Shown: piece after piece, positions 29,713-37,979 of the stretch | Numbering within the stretch: the stretch's first letter is position 1 | Layout of the letters: each line of letters starts with the position of its first letter | The notes under the pieces: model-generated | The model's database searches: none | Told to the model about the DNA's origin: nothing | The model's input: the letters and a program-made list of their open reading frames with translations, nothing else | DNA from: an uncultured Methanosarcinales archaeon | Lineage (GTDB): Archaea > Nanobdellota > Nanobdellia > Woesearchaeales > CAZOXR01 | Direction: 5' to 3' | Length of the DNA stretch: 43,338 nt | Assembly (NCBI GenBank): GCA_964566535.1 | Contig: CAZMIO010000009.1 | Location: 1-43,338 of the forward strand | Program-made: the position numbers and the translations under genes

Positions 29713-30726
29713 CTATTTATTAGTCCAAACTTTTAACTTATTAAGCTTTTCTAATGCTTTGCCAGAATCAATAGAATTTTCTGCTACTTTTATGGCTGCT
29801 TTAATGCTGTCTGCTTTACCTGCTGTGTAGATAGCGGCTGCTGCATTAAGAATTGTTATGTCTCTTTTGGGGCCTTTTTCTTTTCCGTGTAGGATATTTA
29901 GGATTATTTTTGCGTTGTCTTTTGGTGAGTTGCCTTGTATCTCTTTTGAGGAGGATAGTTTTATGTTGAAGTCTGCTGGATTAATTTCATATGTTGTTAC
30001 GTGGTTATCTTTGTATTCTGCTACTTTTGTTTTTGTTTCTAATGTTATTTCGTCCAATCCGTTTCCGTGGACAACTAATGCATGTTTTGTTCCAAGTTTG
30101 CCTAGGACTTTTGCTAATGGTGTTACTAATTCTTCGCTGAAAACTCCCATTAACTCAAAAGGTGCTTCAGCTGGATTTGTTAATGGTCCTAGGATGTTGA
30201 AGATTGTTCGTACTCCTAGTTCTTTTCTTGGTGCGATTGCGTATTTCATTGCTTTGTGGAATTTTGGGGCGAACATATAGCCAATTCCAATCTCTTCGAT
30301 GCACTTTTCAACTTGTTTTGGTTCTAGGTTTATGTTTACTCCAAGTTCTGTTAGAACATCTGCTGAGCCTGACTTAGATGAGACGGATTTGTTGCCGTGT
30401 TTTGCAACTGGGATTCCTGCTCCAGCTACTACGAATGCAGCTGCCGTTGAGATATTGAATGTGCCTGATGAATCTCCACCTGTTCCTACAACGTCAATTA
30501 AGTGTTTGTGGTTTTTTGGCTTTATTCTTTCTGCTTTTTGTCTCATTACTTTTGCGCAGGCAGTTATTTCATCAATCGTTTCTCCTTTTTGCCTTAATGC
30601 TATAAGAAAACCAGCTATCTGAGCGTCAGTTGCTTTGCCTGACATAATCAGGTTCATTGCTTCTTCTGCTTCATTTGAGGTGAGGTCTTGTGTGTTAAGA
30701 AGTTTCTGGATAGTTGCTTGTATCAT
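29713..30726 (-). CDS. trpD: Anthranilate phosphoribosyltransferase
   Basis: GTGGD..GTFNIST, KHGN.SVSSKSGSAD, RTIFN.LGPL.NP, GLDE; ATG at 30726 directly after trpG stop. Confidence 0.97.
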   Translation of the reverse strand: MIQATIQKLLNTQDLTSNEAEEAMNLIMSGKATDAQIAGFLIALRQKGETIDEITACAKVMRQKAERIKPKNHKHLIDVVGTGGDSSGTFNISTAAAFVVAGAGIPVAKHGNKSVSSKSGSADVLTELGVNINLEPKQVEKCIEEIGIGYMFAPKFHKAMKYAIAPRKELGVRTIFNILGPLTNPAEAPFELMGVFSEELVTPLAKVLGKLGTKHALVVHGNGLDEITLETKTKVAEYKDNHVTTYEINPADFNIKLSSSKEIQGNSPKDNAKIILNILHGKEKGPKRDITILNAAAAIYTAGKADSIKAAIKVAENSIDSGKALEKLNKLKVWTNK

Positions 30727-30727
30727 T

Positions 30728-31309
30728 TTAACTATCTCTGGCAAACTTGATAATGTTGTCAATAAGTTCTCCACCTAAGGGAGTTAGAATGCTTTCAGGA
30801 TGATATTGGACTCCAATAATGGGATGTTCTTTATGCCTGATGCCCATGATTACTCCTGTATCTGATCTTGCGGAGATTTCTATTGAGTAAGGGACGTCAA
30901 GTCCAGTTAATGAATGGTAACGGCCAGCCTGGAATGGGTTTTCAATATTTTTGTAGATTCCAGTATTGTCATGCTTTATCTTTGAAGGCTTGCCATGGAC
31001 AATTTCAGGTGCTTTTCCAACCATCCCTCCAAATGCTTCTATGATGCATTGATGGCCTAAGCAGATTCCGAAGATTGGGATTTTGTCAAAGTATTGTTTC
31101 ACTATTTCAACTGAGTTTCCAGCTTGTTTTGGAGTTGAAGGTCCTGGTGAAATTACAATTAGGTCTGGTTTGAATTTGGTTATTGTGGAGTCTATTACCC
31201 TTAGGTCCACGTTGTTTCTGTATACAACTACTTCGCAGTCTCGTTTTTGGAATTCATCTACTAAATTGTAGGTGAATGAGTCGAAGTTGTCGATAAATAG
31301 GATTTTCAC
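30728..31309 (-). CDS. trpG: Anthranilate synthase component II (glutamine amidotransferase)
   Basis: IDNFDSFTYNL, SPGP, GICLGHQ, RYHSL, HPES; GTG start. Confidence 0.97.
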   Translation of the reverse strand: MKILFIDNFDSFTYNLVDEFQKRDCEVVVYRNNVDLRVIDSTITKFKPDLIVISPGPSTPKQAGNSVEIVKQYFDKIPIFGICLGHQCIIEAFGGMVGKAPEIVHGKPSKIKHDNTGIYKNIENPFQAGRYHSLTGLDVPYSIEISARSDTGVIMGIRHKEHPIIGVQYHPESILTPLGGELIDNIIKFARDS

Positions 31310-32931
31310 TTAAATCCACCTGCTTCGCTAATTGCCTTTAGGCAAGACATAGCTTTTTTTTCGGTTTCTATGAATTCTTTTTCTGGAATTGAATCGTGTA
31401 CTATGCCTGCTCCTACTCTTATGTATGCTTTGTCTTTTTTTATTCTCATTGTTCGGATTACTATTGTGCTGTCGAAATCGTTTGATGGAGTTAGGTAACC
31501 AACTGAACCGCCGTAAAAACCTCTTTTTGTTTTTTCAACTTGTCTTATCAGTTCCATTGCTTTTACTTTTGGTGCTCCAGTTAATGTTCCCATGTTCATT
31601 GAAGCTAAGTAGGCGTGGAGGGAGTCTAGGTCGTCTTTTAGCTTTCCTTTTACATTTGATACTAGATGTTGAACGTGAGAATATTTTTCTACAATGAATG
31701 GTTCATCTACAAATCTTGTTCCTGGTTTTGAGATTCTTGCAACATCGTTTCTTGCTAAGTCAATAAGCATTGTATGTTCAGCAAGTTCTTTTTGGTCTAT
31801 TTTTAATTCGGCTTCATATTTTGAGTCTAAGTCTGGGTCAATTTTCTCGTTTATTACTCCTCTTGGTTTTGTTCCTGCAATTGGTCTTATTTCAACTGTT
31901 TTTTCTTGGTCTCCTTCTACTCTTAGGAACATTTCAGGTGATGCGCCTAGTAATATGCCGTTATTGTTGTTAATGAAGAACATATATGGGCTAGGGTTAA
32001 GTTCTCTAAGTTTTTGGTAGATATCTAATGGTTCTGCGTTTATGTTAGACGTTATTGTTCTTGAAGGGACTACCTGGAAGACATCTCCTTCAACTATGTT
32101 TTGCTTTAATTTTGTTACGATTGCTTCGAATTCCTTTTTTTCAGTGTCTGTTTCTATTAGTTGTTTTTTTGGTTTAAGCTTTTTTATTTTTGGTAATGTT
32201 TCTTTTAGCTTTTTTTCGTAAGATTCAATTGTTTTTATGCATTCTTTGTAGATTTCTTCTCTTTTGTTGTCCATAATCAATGCATTTGCTATTAGATATG
32301 TTTTATTTTGCTTATGATCGGTCATGAATAGGTTGTCTAAGAAGTAAAGTTCGTAATCTGGATCATTTAATGGATCTTCTGGGTTGTTTGGTAGATCTTC
32401 AAATTGGTCTATGAAATCGTATGAGATGTTGCCGAAAAGTCCTGCGTAGGGTATTACTGGTTTAGATGTTGGCTTGAATTTGAATGCTATTGTTCTTATA
32501 ATGTCCATATGAGTCTTAAGTCTTAACCTTTCTTCTTCATTTACTGTTTTTCTGGTTGGCTTTAGGATTCCTGAGATTGAATCTGGCTTTATTTTTAGCT
32601 TTTCACAGAAACTTAGGTCTTTTTTGATGAATTTTAGGAATTGTTTTCCTAGGTTGTTGAATGCTTTTATTTCGAATTCTTCTCCTTTTCCTTTTACGGA
32701 TAGGCATGGATCTGATGAGCCTAAGCTTAATTCACCGTATTTTTCAACGATATCAGCTGATTCTAAGAGAATTGAGTGCTTTTTTTGACCATAATTAGAT
32801 AATTTGGCGAAATATTCTACTGAGTCTAATGGAGTATTAATTACTTTGAATACTGGTACGATAGAGCCAATTTTGGCTTGCTTAATATGTTCTAATGCGT
32901 TTTCCATGCTTAAAACCATCCCCTTGCTCAT
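31306..32931 (-). CDS. trpE: Anthranilate synthase component I
   Basis: LLES, NPSPYM, GASPE, PIAGT, EH.MLIDLARND, GAPK; true start may be ATG at 32907 (MENALE) given the TATA spacing. Confidence 0.97.
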   Translation of the reverse strand: MSKGMVLSMENALEHIKQAKIGSIVPVFKVINTPLDSVEYFAKLSNYGQKKHSILLESADIVEKYGELSLGSSDPCLSVKGKGEEFEIKAFNNLGKQFLKFIKKDLSFCEKLKIKPDSISGILKPTRKTVNEEERLRLKTHMDIIRTIAFKFKPTSKPVIPYAGLFGNISYDFIDQFEDLPNNPEDPLNDPDYELYFLDNLFMTDHKQNKTYLIANALIMDNKREEIYKECIKTIESYEKKLKETLPKIKKLKPKKQLIETDTEKKEFEAIVTKLKQNIVEGDVFQVVPSRTITSNINAEPLDIYQKLRELNPSPYMFFINNNNGILLGASPEMFLRVEGDQEKTVEIRPIAGTKPRGVINEKIDPDLDSKYEAELKIDQKELAEHTMLIDLARNDVARISKPGTRFVDEPFIVEKYSHVQHLVSNVKGKLKDDLDSLHAYLASMNMGTLTGAPKVKAMELIRQVEKTKRGFYGGSVGYLTPSNDFDSTIVIRTMRIKKDKAYIRVGAGIVHDSIPEKEFIETEKKAMSCLKAISEAGGFK

Positions 32932-32948
32932 GTTAATAGGCCCCGGAT

Positions 32949-32963
32949 TATATAAAGTTTTTT
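32949..32963 (-). promoter_or_regulatory. BRE/TATA-like promoter of trp operon
   Basis: Minus strand AAAAAAC-TTTATATA immediately upstream of trpE. Confidence 0.6.
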
Positions 32964-33191
32964 ATTGAGAAGGGAGGAGTGAAAATAGATAAGGCTTTTT
33001 AGGCTTGGAAATAGGTTGAATAAGGGTTTTAATGCTTTGTTTTTTCTAAGAAAGCTTAATTCTGGTTCTTTGGCTATATAAGACTCTGATTTTGCTTTAT
33101 CCACGCCAAAGACAATCACTTTTCATTTTTATTCTAGGTTATGTGGTTTGAAGGGGTTTATTTAATTGTTTTGTTTAGTGATTTTTGTACT

Positions 33192-33851
33192 TTATCTTTC
33201 ACCATAAAAGAGCCTTAACAAAATATCATGGCATTTTGAGATATCTTTTTGGTTAATAACAATATCAAATGAAGGCATACCCCCCATTGTTTGTATGATG
33301 TTAATGTTATTTATTCCAAGCTCATTTATTATTGGACCTACAATACCAGGCATGTCTCCATATTTTTCTGAGAAATGTATGATTAATTCTCCAATGTTTT
33401 CTATTGTCTTTATTAATTCATCCTTTGGGATTAACTTGAGAATCTCTTCTTTTTTTGAATGATCTATAAGGAACATTATTGATTCGCGGCCACCCAAAAT
33501 TCTAAAAACATCACCTTTTGATTCGTGCATCTTGCTTAGGATTGAAGGTATCATATTTTCTAGATCTTTCAAATGTCTTTTTACCTCAATTATTGTTAAT
33601 CTTGATTTTGTTGATATCCTGGATTCTTTGTAGATTTTACTGAGGTATTCTTTTTTCTTTTTTTCCTTTGAACTTTCTTTGTGGTACCTTCTTACTGCTG
33701 TCATTACTGCATCTAATGAAGCAGGTATTCCTGTGTTTTTTATTATGTAAAGAGAAAGTGCTCTGACATTTATTATTTTTTCATTTAATGATTTCACAAT
33801 AAATGGGTTTTTGTTCAGATAATCTCTGATTTTTAATGTAACACTTGTCAT
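33192..33851 (-). CDS. Putative archaeal ACT-domain regulatory protein (N-terminal HTH-like region)
   Basis: IN..ALS.YI...AV.TAVRRY N-terminus; C-terminal PGIVG.I...LGINNINI ACT-like motif. Confidence 0.7.
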   Translation of the reverse strand: MTSVTLKIRDYLNKNPFIVKSLNEKIINVRALSLYIIKNTGIPASLDAVMTAVRRYHKESSKEKKKKEYLSKIYKESRISTKSRLTIIEVKRHLKDLENMIPSILSKMHESKGDVFRILGGRESIMFLIDHSKKEEILKLIPKDELIKTIENIGELIIHFSEKYGDMPGIVGPIINELGINNINIIQTMGGMPSFDIVINQKDISKCHDILLRLFYGER

Positions 33852-33945
33852 AATAGTTATAAATTGGACATTTTATTTAAATTTTTTTATTAATTGACAA
33901 AATATTAAGAATAAAGAAAAATTGTTAGCCATTTGATGAATAATA

Positions 33946-34671
33946 TTATCTAACTAAACTAGCAAACTCTTCTAGACTTTGAGTGGGATGTGGACTTCCT
34001 GAAGTGTCATCTCTAAATGCAACTCTGGGATTCCATGCCAAGACTCTTATTTGATCTAATGGAAGTGAATAGTGATTTCGTGAAGTTCCATTACCATTAT
34101 GCGTAAAGGATAATCTATCTCCCCTTACAGAAACTAAGACATCATCACTTAAACTAGGGTTTCCATACAATACTCTTGATTCCATATTACCGATTATTAA
34201 TCCGTTTCCATTCGAGTTACCAGTCCATTCAGATTGTGCTGGCATATACCCATCTCTAAGACTCTTTAGTTTATCAGAACTTAGAACAGCATACAATAAA
34301 TGCCCGCTAAACAAATCATCTAAAAGTGATTGTAAGCTAATGGGAGTTTGGTTCATATCTTGACCACCCATTGTAGTATGGCTTCTTCCCGGTAGATCTA
34401 TAGTATGTGGGTCGTAGTCAAGAACAAGAACATTTTCAGGACTTATTGGTCCTCTGGATTGTGAAGTGCCATTGTAACCTCCTCCTAATATTCCTGCATC
34501 AGGAACCATACATAAGACATCGTAACCTTCTCCACCCCTTTCAACACCTCTTCTCATTCCCTCAAGGCTTGCATCTGTTTCCCAAGCACCAAGTGAAGAT
34601 AGATCTCCTGCTCTTAAAGCCCTTAGGTGTCCTACACCTAAAACAGTATACGCTGGGGTTTCTCCTGCCAT
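33946..34671 (-). CDS. Hypothetical (orphan) protein
   Basis: Long Gly/Ser/Asp-rich ORF, composition unlike neighbours; ATG at 34671 (TTG at 34689 alternative). Confidence 0.7.
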   Translation of the reverse strand: MAGETPAYTVLGVGHLRALRAGDLSSLGAWETDASLEGMRRGVERGGEGYDVLCMVPDAGILGGGYNGTSQSRGPISPENVLVLDYDPHTIDLPGRSHTTMGGQDMNQTPISLQSLLDDLFSGHLLYAVLSSDKLKSLRDGYMPAQSEWTGNSNGNGLIIGNMESRVLYGNPSLSDDVLVSVRGDRLSFTHNGNGTSRNHYSLPLDQIRVLAWNPRVAFRDDTSGSPHPTQSLEEFASLVR

Positions 34672-34757
34672 TTTTTTATTACCGTCCAATTAATGTAATA
34701 GTAAGTAATTATAATTTATATATACTCTTTGACCAAAATCACAAATTTTTAATAAAA

Positions 34758-34791
34758 ATGACAAATATATGGTAAAGATGACAAATGTATG
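34758..34791. promoter_or_regulatory. Direct repeat ATGACAAATRTATG x2, possible transcription-factor site
   Basis: 34758-34771 and 34778-34791, 20-bp period, upstream of the orphan gene's TATA box. Confidence 0.35.
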
Positions 34792-34895
34792 AAATATGGA
34801 GATTCTTAGATTTTGAGCCAAGTATTAAGAAATAAGTCAATAGAGGTATCTAGAAGTGATTTAAGGCAACAATATCTTTGAGGTGGGTTTGGAGG

Positions 34896-35348
34896 TTAAG
34901 TTTTGAATATCTTCTTAACAATCTCCATTGCGATTTCTCTTTTGGCTGGGAAGGCTGCTATGCTGATTTTAATGTGGAAGCAGTCTCCTGAGTCCGTAAG
35001 TTTTAATTCGTTGTCTTTGATTAACTTGCTTTTGTCTAATCTTATGAAGAGGTTTAGTTTATCATCTAATCTTGACTCTGCTTGGTCTAGAATTGTTTGT
35101 TTTTGTTCTTTTGTTAGTTTTTCTAGAAGCTGGTCTAGGAATTCTTTTGTATGTTTCGTTCTTTTTAGGATTAGTTCGAAAACTCTGATTTTTCTGTTTT
35201 CGAATCCTTCTGCAACAGTGTTTTCTGTCTGTAGTTTTTCTTCTTCTAAATCGAAAGGGAAAAGTGATAGGAATGACTTGAGAACTTCTTCTTCATTATC
35301 TTCTTCTTTAGAATAGACTCTTACTCTTATTAGGTGAGTTAATTTCAT
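34896..35348 (-). CDS. Archaeal RNA-binding protein (exosome-associated, DUF54-like)
   Basis: RV....ED.EEV, EG, R.D....LFIRLDK, D.GD..HIKI...FP pattern. Confidence 0.8.
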   Translation of the reverse strand: MKLTHLIRVRVYSKEEDNEEEVLKSFLSLFPFDLEEEKLQTENTVAEGFENRKIRVFELILKRTKHTKEFLDQLLEKLTKEQKQTILDQAESRLDDKLNLFIRLDKSKLIKDNELKLTDSGDCFHIKISIAAFPAKREIAMEIVKKIFKT

Positions 35349-35431
35349 TTATGCTTACTGTTTTTGCACTATTTTATTTAAATTTTTTCTTTTTCGCAAC
35401 CTTTTTATACTATCGGTCAAAAAGTTAGTAT

Positions 35432-36367
35432 ATGAAACATACTGTTAAAGTGACGATTATTCTTATTGGTTTGTTTTTGTTGACTCAAATTGTTGGATTG
35501 GCTACTGTTAGTAAATATATTCAAGTTGGTGTTAGTGATACTGGTGAGACAGTAATAACACATGAAGATACTGTTGTTGGGCCTCAGCCAGAAATTGAAG
35601 AGAAGGATTATTCTGCTATATTTATCATAATTGCTGTTTTAGTTGGAACAGGTATAGTTCTTTTGTTGATGCACTTAAAGTTAGGGCATTTTTGGAAGAT
35701 ATGGTTTTTTGTTGCTGTATTTTTGACATTATCAATATCTTTTGATGTGTATATTGCTAGGGTTTATGCAGTAGTCTTGGCTTTGGTTTTAGCTTTGATG
35801 AAAACTATAAGGCCTAATGTTTATGTTCATAATTTTACTGAGATATTTGTTTATACGGGAATTACAATTATTATACTACCTTACTTGAATGTTGTTTCTG
35901 CTATTTCGCTGTTGGTTTTGATATCTATCTATGATATGTATGCAGTATGGAAGAGTAAGCACATGATAAAGCTTGCTAAGTTTCAGACACAAAGCAAGGT
36001 TTTTGCTGGGCTTATGTTAAACTATGGTGCCCAGAAGAAAGAGGAGAAGGTTGTTAAGAAAGAAGCTAAGAAAGAGGTTAGTAAGAAAACAAAAGTAGTT
36101 GTTAAGCAGAAGAGTGCTATACTTGGTGGAGGGGATGTTGCGTTTCCACTTATGTTTTCAGCTGCTGTTATGGAAAGTTTGATTTTTGATGGGTTTACTA
36201 AGCAGGTTGCATTTTTACAAAGTTTGATAATCACTTTGTTTGTTGCAATTGCACTATGGTTGTTGTTTATAAAAAGTGAGAAAGATAAGTTTTATCCTGC
36301 AATGCCTTTCTTATCAGCAGGATGTTTGGTTGGTTATGGGATTATTTTGTTGATTAATTTGATTTAG
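35432..36367 (+). CDS. Presenilin/SPP-family GxGD intramembrane aspartyl protease
   Basis: YD motif (SIYDMYAV), LGGGD, PAMPF (PAL-like), ~9 TM helices. Confidence 0.92.
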   Translation: MKHTVKVTIILIGLFLLTQIVGLATVSKYIQVGVSDTGETVITHEDTVVGPQPEIEEKDYSAIFIIIAVLVGTGIVLLLMHLKLGHFWKIWFFVAVFLTLSISFDVYIARVYAVVLALVLALMKTIRPNVYVHNFTEIFVYTGITIIILPYLNVVSAISLLVLISIYDMYAVWKSKHMIKLAKFQTQSKVFAGLMLNYGAQKKEEKVVKKEAKKEVSKKTKVVVKQKSAILGGGDVAFPLMFSAAVMESLIFDGFTKQVAFLQSLIITLFVAIALWLLFIKSEKDKFYPAMPFLSAGCLVGYGIILLINLI

Positions 36368-36369
36368 TT

Positions 36370-37239
36370 TTATTGAGTAATTTCTGTTTCTTCTTTAATT
36401 TCAGTTATTTTTGGAGAAGGGGTTTCTTTTGATGGGAAGGCATGTAGTGTTCTTTGGCCTTGATGAACTGAATATGAAACTGGGTTTAGGACCATTCCGT
36501 CTTTTGCTGCTATTGTCTGGACTTTAGTTTCTTTTTGAATTTCTCTTGCTTCATATAATGGGTCTGATTTTACCATGTCGATGCCGAAGTGTTGAATGAT
36601 TGCTAATCTTGGATTTACTTCTTTGATTATTTTTTTTGCGTCTTCTGTTGACAAGTTGTCTGACTGTTTTTTGTTTGATAAGATGTTTAGGATTAATATG
36701 TTTGAGTTTTTGTATTGTTCTATTAAATCTGAGGAGTATTTTGTGTCCGAGGTGTAGGCTAGTGTGAATTGTGGTGTGAAGAATTTGAAGCCAATTGCAT
36801 TTGGGTCAGAATGGTTTGTTTTTAGTGCTTGTATTTCAATTTCATTAATCCCTGCTTTTTTCCCCTCTTCTAGGACTATGTATCTTTCTAAGAAGTTTCT
36901 GTAGTACTTTAATAAGAATGGTTCGTAATCTTCTTCTCCGTTGATTAGTGTTTTATTTGCAATTAGAACTCCTTTTTTGTCAAATCCAGAGTAAGTCATT
37001 GCGCTGATTAATGAATTGACTTCAGCGGCATGATTTAGATGGTTATGGGAGACTAGAATTGCGTTTGTTGCTCTTATGTTTACTCCAAATTGAACTGCTC
37101 TTGATAATGCACCTGGACCAGGATCGATATGGAATTGGTTTTCTCCGAGTTGGAGTACTATGCCTCCTGCTGATCTAATCTGCCTTCCTATAACGAAAGA
37201 ATCCCCGCCAGTGCCCAGAAATACTATTGCAGCCGATAT
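36370..37239 (-). CDS. MBL-fold metallo-hydrolase (RNase Z/PhnP-like); non-canonical ATA start inferred
   Basis: Frame extends 80 codons upstream of the ORF-track ATG and holds FLGTGG, IDPGPG, SHNHLNH; downstream H, YTSDT, HFG. Confidence 0.85.
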   Translation of the reverse strand: MSAAIVFLGTGGDSFVIGRQIRSAGGIVLQLGENQFHIDPGPGALSRAVQFGVNIRATNAILVSHNHLNHAAEVNSLISAMTYSGFDKKGVLIANKTLINGEEDYEPFLLKYYRNFLERYIVLEEGKKAGINEIEIQALKTNHSDPNAIGFKFFTPQFTLAYTSDTKYSSDLIEQYKNSNILILNILSNKKQSDNLSTEDAKKIIKEVNPRLAIIQHFGIDMVKSDPLYEAREIQKETKVQTIAAKDGMVLNPVSYSVHQGQRTLHAFPSKETPSPKITEIKEETEITQ

Positions 37240-37311
37240 TTTTATCCCCAGAATATTAGTTAATGAGGTTGATTAATAAATTTTTTGATTTTATGCAGTA
37301 AAAATAGAAAG

Positions 37312-37473
37312 TGTCAAAAATAGAATATTTTTGAGCATGCTTTGAAATACAAAGCATTTCCGACATGTCAAGAATTAAAAATTCTTGAGCATGCTCAGAA
37401 ATGCTTCGCATTTCCGACATGTCAAGAATTAAAAATTCTTGAGCATGCTCAGAAATGCTTCGCATTTCCGACA
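37312..37473. repeat. Tandem repeat, 3 x 54 bp, built of nested palindromes
   Basis: Unit tgtcaagaattaaaaattcttgagcatgctcagaaatgcttcgcatttccgaca at 37366 and 37420 (identical), diverged copy at 37312. Confidence 0.95.
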
Positions 37474-37504
37474 TATTTAAAAATCAGAAGATATTCTTAA
37501 CTAT

Positions 37505-37777
37505 GGGAAGGCTAGGCTGGGTAGATAGTCCCTATCTGTTACCGCAAGCGGACTTTAGGCGGGGCTGAAGCTGGAAGAGCGATATTAGTTTTGGCTGTTA
37601 GTCTTGGTCACTACTATGAGGCTCTGTCCTTTGGGATTGATGTTTTAGTGAATCAAGTCAGGCCAGGAATGGAGCAGCTTTTAGCTTTAACATTGATGCT
37701 CATTGGGTAGCGGAGCTGAGGAATGACGAAGGTCGCTAATAGTTAAGGCTGGTATCCATCTTTTGGTGTGCCTTCCT
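37505..37777 (+). ncRNA. ffs: Archaeal signal recognition particle (SRP, 7S) RNA
   Basis: Helix-8 motif UCAGGCC-A-GGAA-U-GGAGCAGC at 37658-37678; Alu-like 5' GGCUAGGC..CUGUUACC; terminal pairing GGAAGGC/GCCUUCC; GC-rich island; TTTAAAAA box ~22 nt upstream. Confidence 0.88.
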
Positions 37778-37979
37778 ACTTTTCTTTTTTACCTATTCTA
37801 TAGAAATAGACGTCTAAGGCGAATGTTAAGATAATGAATACTGCTGCAAAGTCTGCAGGGTTTGCTATGGTTATCTTGTCGTTAACTACGAATCCAGTTA
37901 TTGTAGGATTTGAGAATGTTAAATATAGTAAGAAAATAAATGAGAAGATGTTTGCCACTAATAATGCTGGTTTCATCAC
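37776..37979 (-). CDS. Small two-TM membrane protein
   Basis: Two hydrophobic helices separated by an ITGFVV motif; coupled to ilvE stop. Confidence 0.7.
   Translation of the reverse strand: MMKPALLVANIFSFIFLLYLTFSNPTITGFVVNDKITIANPADFAAVFIILTFALDVYFYRIGKKEK

Noticed and set aside
30727..30774. Upstream GTG start for trpD
   Set aside because: Lies inside trpG; ATG at 30726 follows the trpG stop and matches typical TrpD N-termini
32928..33119. 63-aa ORF upstream of trpE
   Set aside because: Runs through the trpE promoter region, with no SD and no recognisable motif
34800..34895. Intergenic gaps checked for tRNA genes
   Set aside because: No cloverleaf or T-loop (GTTCRA) context found here or in the other gaps
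37312..37473. Possible CRISPR array
   Set aside because: Units are contiguous with no unique spacers, and no cas genes are in the window
37256..37474. 72-aa repetitive ORF (MSEMRSISEHAQEFLILD...)
   Set aside because: It is the translation of the 54-bp palindromic repeat; no independent coding evidence
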